Source: Candidatus Poribacteria bacterium (GTDB lineage: Bacteria; Poribacteria; WGA-4E; WGA-3G). Taken from it: DNA of 64,000 bases. The first letter of the stretch is position 1. Every line of letters begins with the position of its first letter. The notes below the pieces were generated by a model. It saw only the letters and a list, made by a program, of their open reading frames with translations. It was not told where the DNA came from and searched no databases. Where the stretch lies: assembly GCA_963663765.2 (NCBI GenBank), contig CAXXUA010000006.1, positions 256,001-320,000 of the forward strand, written 5' to 3'. The position numbers and the translations under genes are program-made. Of the stretch, positions 42,938 through 53,276 are shown piece by piece.

Positions 42938-43960
42938 GGCGGGGAGACCCCGCCCCTACGCACAGTAACCAAAACTTTACACACCCAATTTTATCTTGTA
43001 GAAGTTGATTATTCAACAGAACGTCTATTTTTCTACGAGTTTCGTATATTCGTGAAACTGGTGAAAATGCTGCACTCCAGCGGAGTGCTATGTTTATAGA
43101 AAACGGACTATCCACATGCTTTCACTCCAGCGGAGTGCTATGTGCGGATCTCACATACCGCTCCGCTGGAGCGGGGATGTGGACTGACAATGTGACTATA
43201 AACATATTGCTCCGCTGGAGCAAAGAAAGTTCCGTTTTGGTCATTATGTCTTGATTTGGTAACATAAGCGGTGAACCATTTTCTTATCAACACATGTTGG
43301 AAGAAAATTGTCCAAACTACCTTATACGTTAAGTAACTTTCATCGACAGATAATTCTCAAAACTGAATAACCCTAAATGTCAAATCAGATGCATTCAATT
43401 GTCACGGAGTATCTTTGTTGAAGGACATTTCAACAATAGAATCCCACTTGATTATACATCAATTCTATTGTTCTCAAATCATAAAACACAACATACCCAC
43501 ACCACCATAAGGTATAATAACATGAGTATGATAATTAACTGGACGGTGCAAATTGAACAGAGAACGGGTATATTTGTTGAAAAAGATCGTTATTTTGGCG
43601 TTTTTAACCCCCACGTTCCCATACGCTATCGCTATGGGAACCCTTCCCCCTTATTAAGGGGACTTTAAGAAGATACGTGGAAGTCCTAACTATTTATCAA
43701 ACTCACGTTATACTACAAGAGTACATTTCGACAATTGAATGCTTCTGAATGTCTATATTTTTAATATTGACAAGAAATCTAAATGTAAGTTAAATGTAGA
43801 ATCTACTATCATATTGAAGATTTATTTTCATGGTTCCTATGATATTTTATGTCAAAAACTTTACACACCAATGAAATATAATATAAGTTTATTCGTTTTA
43901 ATTTATAGTGTAGATGCTTACTTGATTTTATTTTCACTATACTCTCATAAGGAACATGAT

Positions 43961-46789
43961 ATGACACCAAGCGAAGAACCAAAAAAGTTATACATTATTG
44001 ATACATTAGCAGAGATTTTTCGTGCATTTTATTCCATACAAACCAGATTAGTCAGTGCTGTGACTGGTGAACCGACCAATGCAATCTTCGGTTTCACTGG
44101 AACATTGATGAAACTATTAACTGACTACAAAGCAGAATACATTATTGCTGCGATTGATATGCCCGGTGATACCTTCCGCAACGAAATGTATGAAGAATAT
44201 AAGGGACATCGCAGAACTCCACCAGATGACCTTGTCACACAAATTCCAAGAATACAACAGATACTTGAAACCTTTCAAATACCAGTAATTGGTCAACCCG
44301 ATTTAGAAGCAGACGATATAATTGCTTCTGTCACACAACACGTTTTGGATTCTCCAGATACACAAGATGTACATGTTAGTATAATCTCTAAAGACAAAGA
44401 CCTTGAGCAACTACTGTGTGATAGAGTAACGATGTTTGATATCCGTAATGAAAAGACTATTGATGTTGCGTCATTGTGGGAAGATAAAGGTATTAAACCC
44501 GATCAGGTTATTGATGTTCTCGCTTTGATGGGTGATACTTCTGATAATATACCTGGCGTGGAAGGTATTGGATTGAAAACCGCAGCGAAGTTAATCCAAG
44601 AATTTGGTTCGATTGAAAACATCTATGCAAATATAGACCAGATAAAGGGGAAACGTAGAGAGAATTTGGAGAAAGCCCAAGAGTATATATCCTTATCTCA
44701 AAAACTTGTAACCCTAAGGTATGATGCTGATCTGGATTTTTCATTGGAACAGGCACGGTTCAAACCGCCCGATCTTAGTAAAATCACACCACTGTTTGAG
44801 CAACTTGAACTAAATAGATTTCAAAAGTCTATTGCTGAACTTGCATCAGGTAGCGATGCTACGGATCAGGTAAAAGCAGAAGTGAAGACGACAAGAAAAG
44901 AACGATTAGAAGCAATGGAACAGCAGAAAGATGCTATTCTGGAGGAAGGCAATTTCACGACAGCTGAAACAGCAGACTACTCTGCAATTACAACAGAAGA
45001 ACAATTGAAATCACTTGTTGAAATACTAACAAAGCAACCAATAATTGCGGTTGATACCGAAACAGATGGGTTATATCGTAATTCAGCATTGTGTGGAATT
45101 AGTTTTTCATGGGAACAACATCAAGGAGTCTATGTTCCTGTTCGCTCTCCTAATCCCAACAAGCATTTGGATGAGGATACAGTCGTTTCACATCTCAAAC
45201 CGATATTGGAAAATCCTGATTTACCTAAATGTGGACACAACCTAAAGTTTGATGCAAGTATCTTCATTAGACATGGTATTCAACTACAAGGTGTTGTTTT
45301 TGATACGATGTTGGCTAGTCAGCTTGTTGACCCACGACAACCCTCACATAATCTGGATAACCTTGCTCTTTTACATTTAAATCATAAGATGATTCCGATT
45401 TCAAAATTACTCGGTGAAGGAGAAAACTCTACATCCATTGATAGAATCCCTTTTGAAGAGGTCACACAATACGCTTCCGAAGATACGGATATTGCACTAC
45501 AACTCTATCACTATTTCAAACCGAAACTGAAGGAAACGGATACGGCAGAATTGGTTAGGGAGATTGAGTCACCACTTGCTCCAGTGCTTGCTCTAATGGA
45601 GTTTAATGGAATCGTATGTGACACAGAGGAATTGCAACGACAGAGCAAAGTGATTGAGAATTTGGTGAATGAACGCGAGAAAGAAATTCATGATATTGTC
45701 GGTTACTCATTTAACATTGATTCACCCACGCAATTAGCGGATATTCTGTTTGATGAAATTGGATTCAAACCTGTGAGACGTACCAAGAGTGGTAAACGAT
45801 CAACTGATGTTAATGTATTAGAAACACTTGCGTTATCAGAAGATATTAATGATCCTAAGAGTACGGTGCCAGGTAAAATTGTTGAGTACCGTCAATACCG
45901 GAAACTCCAAAGTACATATTTGGGACAGTTGAGACATTCCGTAAATTCTGACACACGCCGTATTCACACACACCTATATCAATTGACAACAGCGACGGGA
46001 CGTTTAAAATCTGATAGTCCAAATCTACAAAATATCCCTGTTCGGACAGAAATTGGACGACAATTAAGACGTGCATTTAGATCTCCGGATGGACATAAAT
46101 TGATCTGTGCAGATTATTCACAAGTTGAGCTCCGCATCCTCGCTCATTTTAGTAAAGATGAAAAACTGATTGATATATTCACTCAAGACATGGATATCCA
46201 TACATCTGTTGCTGCTGAAGTCTTTGGTGTAGCCCACGATGAAGTATCGCGTGAACTGCGAGATAAAGCAAAAACCATCAATTTCGGTATTATCTATGGT
46301 GTCTCACCATCGGGATTGGCGAGACGGATTCAAGGCATGAAAGTAGATGAAGCGCGAGAGTTGATAACGGATTACAAGGAACGTTTCCCAGGTATTAATA
46401 CTTTTCTGCATCGATGTGTACAACAAGCGTTAGATCAAGGGTATGTATCAACGTTAACAGGACGACGTCGTGCTATACCTGAGATCTTTGAATCGTCCCA
46501 TAGTCGTAGAAGTTTGGGTGAACGTCTTGCGATTAATACGGTAATTCAAGGTACTGCAGCAGATCTGATAAAAGCAGCGATGGTGAAAGTTCAACACCGT
46601 ATTGACCGCGACGCACTTCCTATCAAGATGTTACTGCAAATTCATGATGAGTTGATCTTTGAAACACCGAAAGAATTAGCAGAAACACATGCAGAAATAG
46701 TATCAAAAGAGATGGAAAATGCAATGTTACTTCGAGTCCCTCTTCGAACAGAAACAGGGATCGGTGATAATTGGATGGAAGCGAAATAA
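43961..46789 (+). CDS. polA: DNA polymerase I
   Basis: 5'-3' exonuclease (EADD, GDTSDNIPGV), 3'-5' exonuclease (VDTET), polymerase motifs ADYSQVELR, AKTINFGIIYG, QIHDEL. Confidence 0.97.
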   Translation: MTPSEEPKKLYIIDTLAEIFRAFYSIQTRLVSAVTGEPTNAIFGFTGTLMKLLTDYKAEYIIAAIDMPGDTFRNEMYEEYKGHRRTPPDDLVTQIPRIQQILETFQIPVIGQPDLEADDIIASVTQHVLDSPDTQDVHVSIISKDKDLEQLLCDRVTMFDIRNEKTIDVASLWEDKGIKPDQVIDVLALMGDTSDNIPGVEGIGLKTAAKLIQEFGSIENIYANIDQIKGKRRENLEKAQEYISLSQKLVTLRYDADLDFSLEQARFKPPDLSKITPLFEQLELNRFQKSIAELASGSDATDQVKAEVKTTRKERLEAMEQQKDAILEEGNFTTAETADYSAITTEEQLKSLVEILTKQPIIAVDTETDGLYRNSALCGISFSWEQHQGVYVPVRSPNPNKHLDEDTVVSHLKPILENPDLPKCGHNLKFDASIFIRHGIQLQGVVFDTMLASQLVDPRQPSHNLDNLALLHLNHKMIPISKLLGEGENSTSIDRIPFEEVTQYASEDTDIALQLYHYFKPKLKETDTAELVREIESPLAPVLALMEFNGIVCDTEELQRQSKVIENLVNEREKEIHDIVGYSFNIDSPTQLADILFDEIGFKPVRRTKSGKRSTDVNVLETLALSEDINDPKSTVPGKIVEYRQYRKLQSTYLGQLRHSVNSDTRRIHTHLYQLTTATGRLKSDSPNLQNIPVRTEIGRQLRRAFRSPDGHKLICADYSQVELRILAHFSKDEKLIDIFTQDMDIHTSVAAEVFGVAHDEVSRELRDKAKTINFGIIYGVSPSGLARRIQGMKVDEARELITDYKERFPGINTFLHRCVQQALDQGYVSTLTGRRRAIPEIFESSHSRRSLGERLAINTVIQGTAADLIKAAMVKVQHRIDRDALPIKMLLQIHDELIFETPKELAETHAEIVSKEMENAMLLRVPLRTETGIGDNWMEAK

Positions 46790-46810
46790 GAATATAAAGT
46801 AAATTCAAAT

Positions 46811-46839
46811 TTGACAATTTTAAATATTTATAGTATCAT
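46811..46839 (+). promoter_or_regulatory. sigma70 promoter
   Basis: TTGACA-17-TATCAT. Confidence 0.7.
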
Positions 46840-46849
46840 GTTAACGTTT

Positions 46850-47052
46850 GGGAAATGTGACGGTGTCTGCGAAGAACGATATACGTAGTATTTTGACAGT
46901 TTTACAGTTTGGAACCAGAAGCATTCTTGAAGATTGTATTGCGGCTTCCGACAAAGATTGATGAAAATCCCGAGTTCATTTTTACCAATCTTTGCACTGC
47001 CAAATGTCTGCCTATAGAACATGCTGACAGTACTCAGTTTTCTCACATTCCC
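46850..47052 (+). ncRNA. Candidate structured leader or ncRNA upstream of the RRM gene
   Basis: 5' GGGAAATGTGA pairs with 3' TCACATTCCC; inner CAAAGATTG / CAATCTTTG hairpin. Confidence 0.4.
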
Positions 47053-47082
47053 GTTTATTTCAATATTAAAAGGAGAAACGAG

Positions 47083-47370
47083 ATGAACATCTACGTTGGC
47101 AATGTGCCCTATGCAGCAACAGAGACTGACTTGGAAGAAATTTTTGAGCCGCATGGACCGCTCACCTCAGTAACAATTATCCGCGACCGTTATGATGGTC
47201 GTTCTAAAGGATATGGGTTTGTAGAGATGGAAAACCAAGAAGATGGCGAACGTGCAATTGAAGCTCTTGACGGTCAAGAGATAATGGGACGTCCATTGAA
47301 AGTCAATCCCGCACGTCCCCGTGAAAGGCGACCTGAACCCAGATATCAAAATCGTTACGAAGAAGAATAG
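47083..47370 (+). CDS. RRM (RNP-1) RNA-binding protein
   Basis: MNIYVGNV (RNP2), KGYGFVEM (RNP1); AGGAG RBS. Confidence 0.93.
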   Translation: MNIYVGNVPYAATETDLEEIFEPHGPLTSVTIIRDRYDGRSKGYGFVEMENQEDGERAIEALDGQEIMGRPLKVNPARPRERRPEPRYQNRYEEE

Positions 47371-47492
47371 TAGCATTCTGTGAGATATTTCTAATATTTT
47401 TAGAAATACTAAGCGGATTACAATACTCCTGTTGTTTACAACGGGAGTATTTCTGTTTTAAAGGTCTATACCTATTGGGTACAACCCGAATT

Positions 47493-49346
47493 CTACACAC
47501 TCATACCGAGTTCCTTACTCAGTTCTATAATACGTGCGTTGATCTTTGTCTTGTCAATCCTATTTTCAGAAACAAATTCTTGATATGGCGGTGGGATTCT
47601 GTCTGGTATCATTGCACGAGAATTTGCTTCCTGCATTGCGAGTAGAGCCATAAACATTTGCATCTCACGTGAATAGTCCGGCATATAATCTGCTACTGCT
47701 TCGCGCAAATCTTCCTCATTGAATGTATTTCGTTTTTTTCGCTTCGCTATATTATGGCTGCGTTGTGCAATTTGTGCAAGGTCATTAACGGTCACTCCAC
47801 GTAATTTTTGTTCTCTTGAAATTTCTTGAAAGTTTATATTTTCACGTGTGTGGAACCGACAGAAAAACTGCAAAATATTTGCACGACTGTCACGTACAGG
47901 GGGTAAAAGGACTAATTTATGACTGAAAATATCGGAACGGCGGAATATTGGTGGAATTAGATCTGGACGACTTGAGGATCCAATCCATATTACCTGACCG
48001 TGTTGTGTAGCATCACTGATGGCATTTGTAAGAATTGCTGGAAATCCGCGTTCAGTATCACCAGAATTCATACTTGATTGCGGTGCAGAACGTTCAATTT
48101 CATCCATAAAAACTACAACAGGGGCAAGGCCACGAATGAAACTTATAGCGGAATTTAGGTTTCTGTCATAGTTATTACCGTTCTCATTTATATTGATTGT
48201 AATCTCACTTACTTGACTTGCATAACGAAGCTGAATAAATGCCATGTTTGTCTGTCCTGCTAACATACGAGCTGCAAAGATATTTCCATTACCAGAGGGA
48301 CCAAGAATCAACAAACCGCGTGGTACACGTCTCATATCTTGTTCTTTCAAACCATCAGCTATATCCTCTATCACTCTTGTAACATGGGGTGACCAATGTT
48401 GTCTTGGATTATTAATGGGTTCATTGACTTCAATAATACCGTGACTGAAAGTTTTTACACTTTCACGTCGATAATTTGCAAGGAGTCGTCCCTCAGGTTT
48501 CTGTTTTTCTGATGCTGCATGCCGCACTAAATCGTGAATTCCGAACAGATTTAAACCCGCAGTTTCTCGTGCTAATGCTTGCTTGTCACGATTATTCCCA
48601 AGGTTCAATTCCACTTTTACTTTCTCATCAGGAGAATCTTCTTGTAAGATTTCCTGTGGTATTTTACTCATGTGTTGAATAAATTTCAGGCGTTCATCGT
48701 AATCTGGAAATGGTATTTCTACGACAGGTATTTCTTGATTTGAAAGGAAATTTGGATGAATATCAAGTGTATTTTGTGCTACAAGTAAGATGATATGCTT
48801 TTTTCTTCTAATATCCAGATTTGAAGCCCAATTCTGGAGTCTATGGAAAAAAATCTGTAGATTGTCCTTTGCACCCGTATCAAGGAATGGGTCGTTGGGA
48901 GAAATCTGTTCAAGATGATTAATTATCAAACCGACTCTGACTCTATCTTGCTTGAACAACTCGTTTATTCTATTTGCTAAGTCTTTCGTAGGTAATGGAT
49001 CAGTTCCCAAAAATGGATCTTTATGAAGTTCGTGGGTGTTTACTTGAGAATTTATTCTTTTGCGTTCTTCAGTCGGTTCCGGTAATTTATATTCTTCTGG
49101 AACCAGACCTAAAATGCGTTGAGTTTGTAGCCAGTGGTTGACATGGGGCCACAAGAATCCTTCAGTTGCATTGTATCTGATTACAATTTGACACCCGAGT
49201 ACGTTTAGTTGTTCCATCAGAAATTCCATTGCTGGAAGGTAACCGAATATTTCGTCATGTAGCAAATCATTCACGTTAAAATGCAGTAAAAATTGGTGTG
49301 CAGCTGAGACTTTGTATTGTGCTTCTATTCTATCCCAAAACATCAT
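47493..49346 (-). CDS. AAA+ ATPase-like protein with degenerate Walker A
   Basis: PRGLLILGPSGNGNI, VVVFMDEIE, SSRPDLIPPIFRR. Confidence 0.8.
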   Translation of the reverse strand: MMFWDRIEAQYKVSAAHQFLLHFNVNDLLHDEIFGYLPAMEFLMEQLNVLGCQIVIRYNATEGFLWPHVNHWLQTQRILGLVPEEYKLPEPTEERKRINSQVNTHELHKDPFLGTDPLPTKDLANRINELFKQDRVRVGLIINHLEQISPNDPFLDTGAKDNLQIFFHRLQNWASNLDIRRKKHIILLVAQNTLDIHPNFLSNQEIPVVEIPFPDYDERLKFIQHMSKIPQEILQEDSPDEKVKVELNLGNNRDKQALARETAGLNLFGIHDLVRHAASEKQKPEGRLLANYRRESVKTFSHGIIEVNEPINNPRQHWSPHVTRVIEDIADGLKEQDMRRVPRGLLILGPSGNGNIFAARMLAGQTNMAFIQLRYASQVSEITININENGNNYDRNLNSAISFIRGLAPVVVFMDEIERSAPQSSMNSGDTERGFPAILTNAISDATQHGQVIWIGSSSRPDLIPPIFRRSDIFSHKLVLLPPVRDSRANILQFFCRFHTRENINFQEISREQKLRGVTVNDLAQIAQRSHNIAKRKKRNTFNEEDLREAVADYMPDYSREMQMFMALLAMQEANSRAMIPDRIPPPYQEFVSENRIDKTKINARIIELSKELGMSV

Positions 49347-49679
49347 TTTCTCCAGAATAACTCTTTGTTAATGCTATTTTCAATTAATCAATATGATTGG
49401 AATTTTTATGCTTTATCTGTATATAGAATACCATATTACCTTTACACAAGTCAAATGATTCCAAGGTTTTTCAGTTTTAGGTATTTTACCTGTTTCCTGA
49501 GAAAATCGCGACCAGGAGGTTGCTCCTACCGCGTGGTTATTTTTTAAAAAAATTCAAACATTAGGAAAACTGAATAACCCAAAAATGATTTAGGTATGGT
49601 TTTTCAGTATTAGGTATTCTCTTCGAATGTTTTTCACCTGCTGTATACCCAGGCTGGTAGGAGTATTTTCCTAACCGCA

Positions 49680-50704
49680 CCATAAGCGTCAATTTAAGGA
49701 TTTTGACCTCTTGTGGGAGGGGTTTTCAACCCCGATTATAGTAAGACATATAATTATTTGGACAATTTGTAGCACAAACTCTATGATGATTAATTTATTA
49801 ATTCGGTAATAAATTTTTCTCACACGGTAGGTGTGCTTTGTAAGCGCGCTGTTGAGACTTGATGTGCCAGCGCGCTTACAAAGCACCAAATCAACGGTAT
49901 GAATGCCATTTAGGCATTCCCCGTCTACCATCGGGGCGCGCTTACAAAGCACGCCTGCAGTTGGGGGGCGCGCTTACAAAACACGCCTGCAGGGAAGTGC
50001 AGTTAGGGGGCGCGCTTACAAAGCACGGCTTGCAGTTGGGGGGCGCGCTTACAAAGCACCAAATCAACGGTATGAATGCCATTTAGGCATTCCCCGTCTA
50101 CCATCGGGGCGCGCTTACAAAGCACCAAATCAACGGTATGAATGCCATTTAGGCATTCCCCGTCTACCATCGGGGCGCGCTTAAAAAGCACGCCTGCAGT
50201 TGGGGGGCGCGCTTACAAAGCACGCCTGCAGGGGAGTGCAGTTGGGGGCCGCGCTTACAAAGCACGCCTGCAGTTGGGGGGCGCGCTTACAAAGCACACC
50301 TGCAGTTGAGGGGCGCGCTTACAAAGCACGCCTGCAGTTGGGGGGCGCGCTTACAAAGCACGCCTGCAGGGGAGTGCAGGTGGGGGGTGCGCTTACAAAG
50401 CACGCCTGCAGTTGGGGGCGCGCTTACAAAGCACGCCTGCAGTGGGGGTATGCCTGCAGGTGAGGGCGGGGATGGCGCGCTTAAAAAGCACGCCTGCAGT
50501 TGGGGGGCGCGCTTACAAAGCACGCCTGCAGTGGGGGTATGCCTGCAGGTGAGGGCGGGGATGGCGCGCTTACAAAGCACCAAATCAACGGTATGAATGC
50601 CATTTAGGCATTCCCCGCCTGCAGTTTGGGAGCAGGTGGGGGGCGCGCTTACAAAGCACGCTTACCGTTGGGTGCGTAAGTCCTGCTTAAATTGACACCT
50701 ATGG
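49680..50704. mobile_element. Long-TSD MITE shell containing a large REP array
   Basis: CCATAAGCGTCAATTTAAG / CTTAAATTGACACCTATGG ends; AGTATT(T/C)TCCTAACCGCA (18 bp) on both sides. Confidence 0.7.
49827..50670 (+). repeat. Array of about 18 GCGCGCTTACAAAGCACGCCT REP units, four carrying a 36-bp insert
   Basis: Inserts at 49887-49922, 50060-50095, 50126-50161 and 50581-50616. Confidence 0.9.
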
Positions 50705-50812
50705 AGTATTCTCCTAACCGCACCATAGCAGTGAATTTAAGAAATTGTTAGTATTTCATTCTGGGTATGGTTTTCAATCCCGATTTGAGGTGAAATATAC
50801 ATAAAAATCAGA

Positions 50813-50841
50813 TTGACAATGGTGATAAATAATGATATTCT
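50813..50841 (+). promoter_or_regulatory. sigma70 promoter
   Basis: TTGACA-17-TATTCT. Confidence 0.6.
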
Positions 50842-50888
50842 ATATTTGCATGATAAAAATTATTGTATTGGAATATACGTATTGAGAT

Positions 50889-51536
50889 ATGGATAAGACA
50901 GGTATTTTTACCCCAATTACAGTTGGTGTAATGGGTGGTTCAGCTTCTGGGAAGACAACTTTTGCGAATGCTTTAGGAGAACTCCTGGCGGAATTCTCAC
51001 CTATTATTCTGCATCAAGACTCTTATTTTAGAGATTGGTCTGAATTCACAGCTGAGGAACGAGAACAGGTGATAACAGCAAACCATCCAGATGCTGTATG
51101 TTGGGATGTTCTTATAGCTGATTTAGAAAAACTTCGTTCTAACACTACAATTGAAATACCTGCACCTGGTACACGTGCTGCAAATCGTGGCGATGATCAA
51201 CAAACTATTCAACCTAGTGATGTCGTGATTGTAGAGGGACACCTTATCTTTTGGAATCAGGAATTACGTGAGTTGTTAGACATTAAACTTTACTTAGAAG
51301 TGGATGCGCATGAACGTGTGCTACGACGTATGCTCCGAGATGTCGGTACACGCAGTGCGAATCTTGAAAGTGCAATTGGTTGGTATCGCCGTGATGTCCT
51401 ACCAAATTATCCGATTTACACGGAACCGTGTAAGAAATACGCTGACCTTATTATCCCCTTCCTAAACGAAAATCCGATTGCATTGCAAACTGTTACAGCT
51501 GGAATCCGCACCCAACTGACCAAAAGAAATTGTTAG
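50889..51536 (+). CDS. udk: Uridine kinase family protein
   Basis: GGSASGKTT, HQDSYFRD, NHPDA, IVEG, RRMLRD, YADLII. Confidence 0.8.
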   Translation: MDKTGIFTPITVGVMGGSASGKTTFANALGELLAEFSPIILHQDSYFRDWSEFTAEEREQVITANHPDAVCWDVLIADLEKLRSNTTIEIPAPGTRAANRGDDQQTIQPSDVVIVEGHLIFWNQELRELLDIKLYLEVDAHERVLRRMLRDVGTRSANLESAIGWYRRDVLPNYPIYTEPCKKYADLIIPFLNENPIALQTVTAGIRTQLTKRNC

Positions 51537-51806
51537 AATTTTCATCTAATACCCTTACAATACACAATCAACTAATCAGTAGGTCTTTTTGGCATATTCA
51601 CTATTTCAAAATGGCAAATGTATGTCAATGTGGCATCCTTATATTCCTTAATCTCAGAAGTATAATTTTAGGATATTTTCTGTTAAGAGTTGGAATCACT
51701 ACCTATTGATTTCAATACCAAAGAGATGATTATTCCGCATCGGTATTGATGTGAGAAGTTGATTCCATACATTTCATCAACCCATTTGAGTATAATAATT
51801 TATTTT

Positions 51807-51883
51807 TGGCATACAATTTGCTAAATAAATATCAGAGATTGAGAAGGCATTACAAGTGTCTTGAACATCGGCATAGAATTTGC
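51807..51883 (+). promoter_or_regulatory. Two tandem sigma54 (-24/-12) promoter motifs
   Basis: TGGCAT-ACAAT-TTGC (51807-51821) and CGGCAT-AGAAT-TTGC (51869-51883), both GG-N10-GC. Confidence 0.65.
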
Positions 51884-51925
51884 ATTTTATATTTCAGAAA
51901 ACTAATATATAAAGGAGAAAGAAAA

Positions 51926-52378
51926 ATGGCATATTTGACAACTCGCAAACCAATCGGAAATCTGTTCGGTCTACATAACGAAATGGGAAGACTATTTGGA
52001 GATCTACTGTCCTCTCAGGATGGAGATTCAAACACAGAAAATTCGTCTTGGATGCCTACGGTAGATATATCCGAAAATGAGAATGGTTTTGAAATTCATG
52101 CTGAACTCCCAGGTGTAACTGATAAGGATCTCAATGTTTCAGTAACCGACAACCTTCTGACAATAAAAGGAGAAAAACGGCAAGCGGAGAAAACAGAAGG
52201 TAAGAACTACCATCGTGTAGAAAGAAGGTATGGTAATTTCCAAAGAAGTTTCACACTGCCACGTCAAGTGAATACATCTGACATCAAGGCTGGATTTAAA
52301 GATGGTATTTTGACGTTATCAATCCCAACAGTTGAAGAAGCAATGCCGACTGAAATCCAGATCGCTACCAGTGAATAA
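51926..52378 (+). CDS. Hsp20/alpha-crystallin small heat-shock protein
   Basis: WMPTVDISE, AELPGV, ERRYGNFQRSF, DGILTL; AGGAG RBS. Confidence 0.93.
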   Translation: MAYLTTRKPIGNLFGLHNEMGRLFGDLLSSQDGDSNTENSSWMPTVDISENENGFEIHAELPGVTDKDLNVSVTDNLLTIKGEKRQAEKTEGKNYHRVERRYGNFQRSFTLPRQVNTSDIKAGFKDGILTLSIPTVEEAMPTEIQIATSE

Positions 52379-52468
52379 CAGGAAAACAATAGACATGCTT
52401 CGTATATTCTATATGTTCGAGGCATGTCCAATACACATAATTTTTCAAACAGAATAAGGAGTAAGACA

Positions 52469-52894
52469 ATGACATATATGACTTTAAGCAGACCTGTTCC
52501 GAAACCTTTCAAGTTCTACAACTCCATGCTTTCACCGTTTTATACACGTCCAGTAAAACAAACTCACAATTGGCAACCACATACGGACATTTCTGAAACT
52601 GAAGACGGATATGAAGTTAGGACAGAACTACCCGGTGTATCAAAAGACGATGTGCAAATCTCAGTCAAGGATAACTGTCTTACCATACAAGGTGAAAAAC
52701 GATGGGAAAATGGAGATGAATCAAAAGATTACCGTCGGATTGAACGTCAGTTTGGGAACTTTGAAAGGAGGTTTTCACTTCCCCCCAAAGTTGATGTTAA
52801 CAACATCACGGCTGAATATACAGATGGTGTTTTGACCTTATCTATACCAAAGCCTGAAGAAGTGAAACGGAAGGAAATTCCAATCGGTTACTGA
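52469..52894 (+). CDS. Hsp20/alpha-crystallin small heat-shock protein
   Basis: WQPHTDISE, ELPGV, ERQFGNFERRF, DGVLTL. Confidence 0.92.
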   Translation: MTYMTLSRPVPKPFKFYNSMLSPFYTRPVKQTHNWQPHTDISETEDGYEVRTELPGVSKDDVQISVKDNCLTIQGEKRWENGDESKDYRRIERQFGNFERRFSLPPKVDVNNITAEYTDGVLTLSIPKPEEVKRKEIPIGY

Positions 52895-52936
52895 TTAGGA
52901 GACAAGTGTTCAATAGTTTCTTACGTCACGGCAATA

Positions 52937-52978
52937 ACCAATAGGGTTGACATAGTCAAATATGTCAACCCTATTGGT
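52937..52978. terminator. Perfect 18-bp-arm inverted repeat after the hsp20 pair
   Basis: ACCAATAGGGTTGACATA-GTCAAA-TATGTCAACCCTATTGGT. Confidence 0.55.
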
Positions 52979-53276
52979 GTTACCTGTTTATAGTAAATTA
53001 TGGAATTAATTACACACATGTACAGGTAGGAGCGACCTCCTGGTCGCGACCGTATAGAGACTAGGAATCAAATCATTCGCGACCGAGAGGTCGCTCCAAC
53101 CGAATACAAAAGGTAGAATAAATAGTTGACCTACCAAAGCAGCTAACTGAAAGCAATGTCCAATTATTTTCATATTTCACCATAGCAATCCATATATTAC
53201 GAACAATTATTGGTTTTAATGGTCAAACAAAATGAGTGAAGAAAACTAATAATAAAACAAGAGAAGGAGAAATTAG

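Noticed and set aside
43739-43960. N-terminal extension of PolA in the ORF track
   Set aside because: Low-complexity AT-rich intergenic sequence containing MITE ends; the homologous region and RBS point to ATG 43961.
49827-50670. Possible CRISPR array
   Set aside because: Units are REP-type hairpins with short, repeated linkers rather than unique spacers of uniform length; no cas genes in the window.
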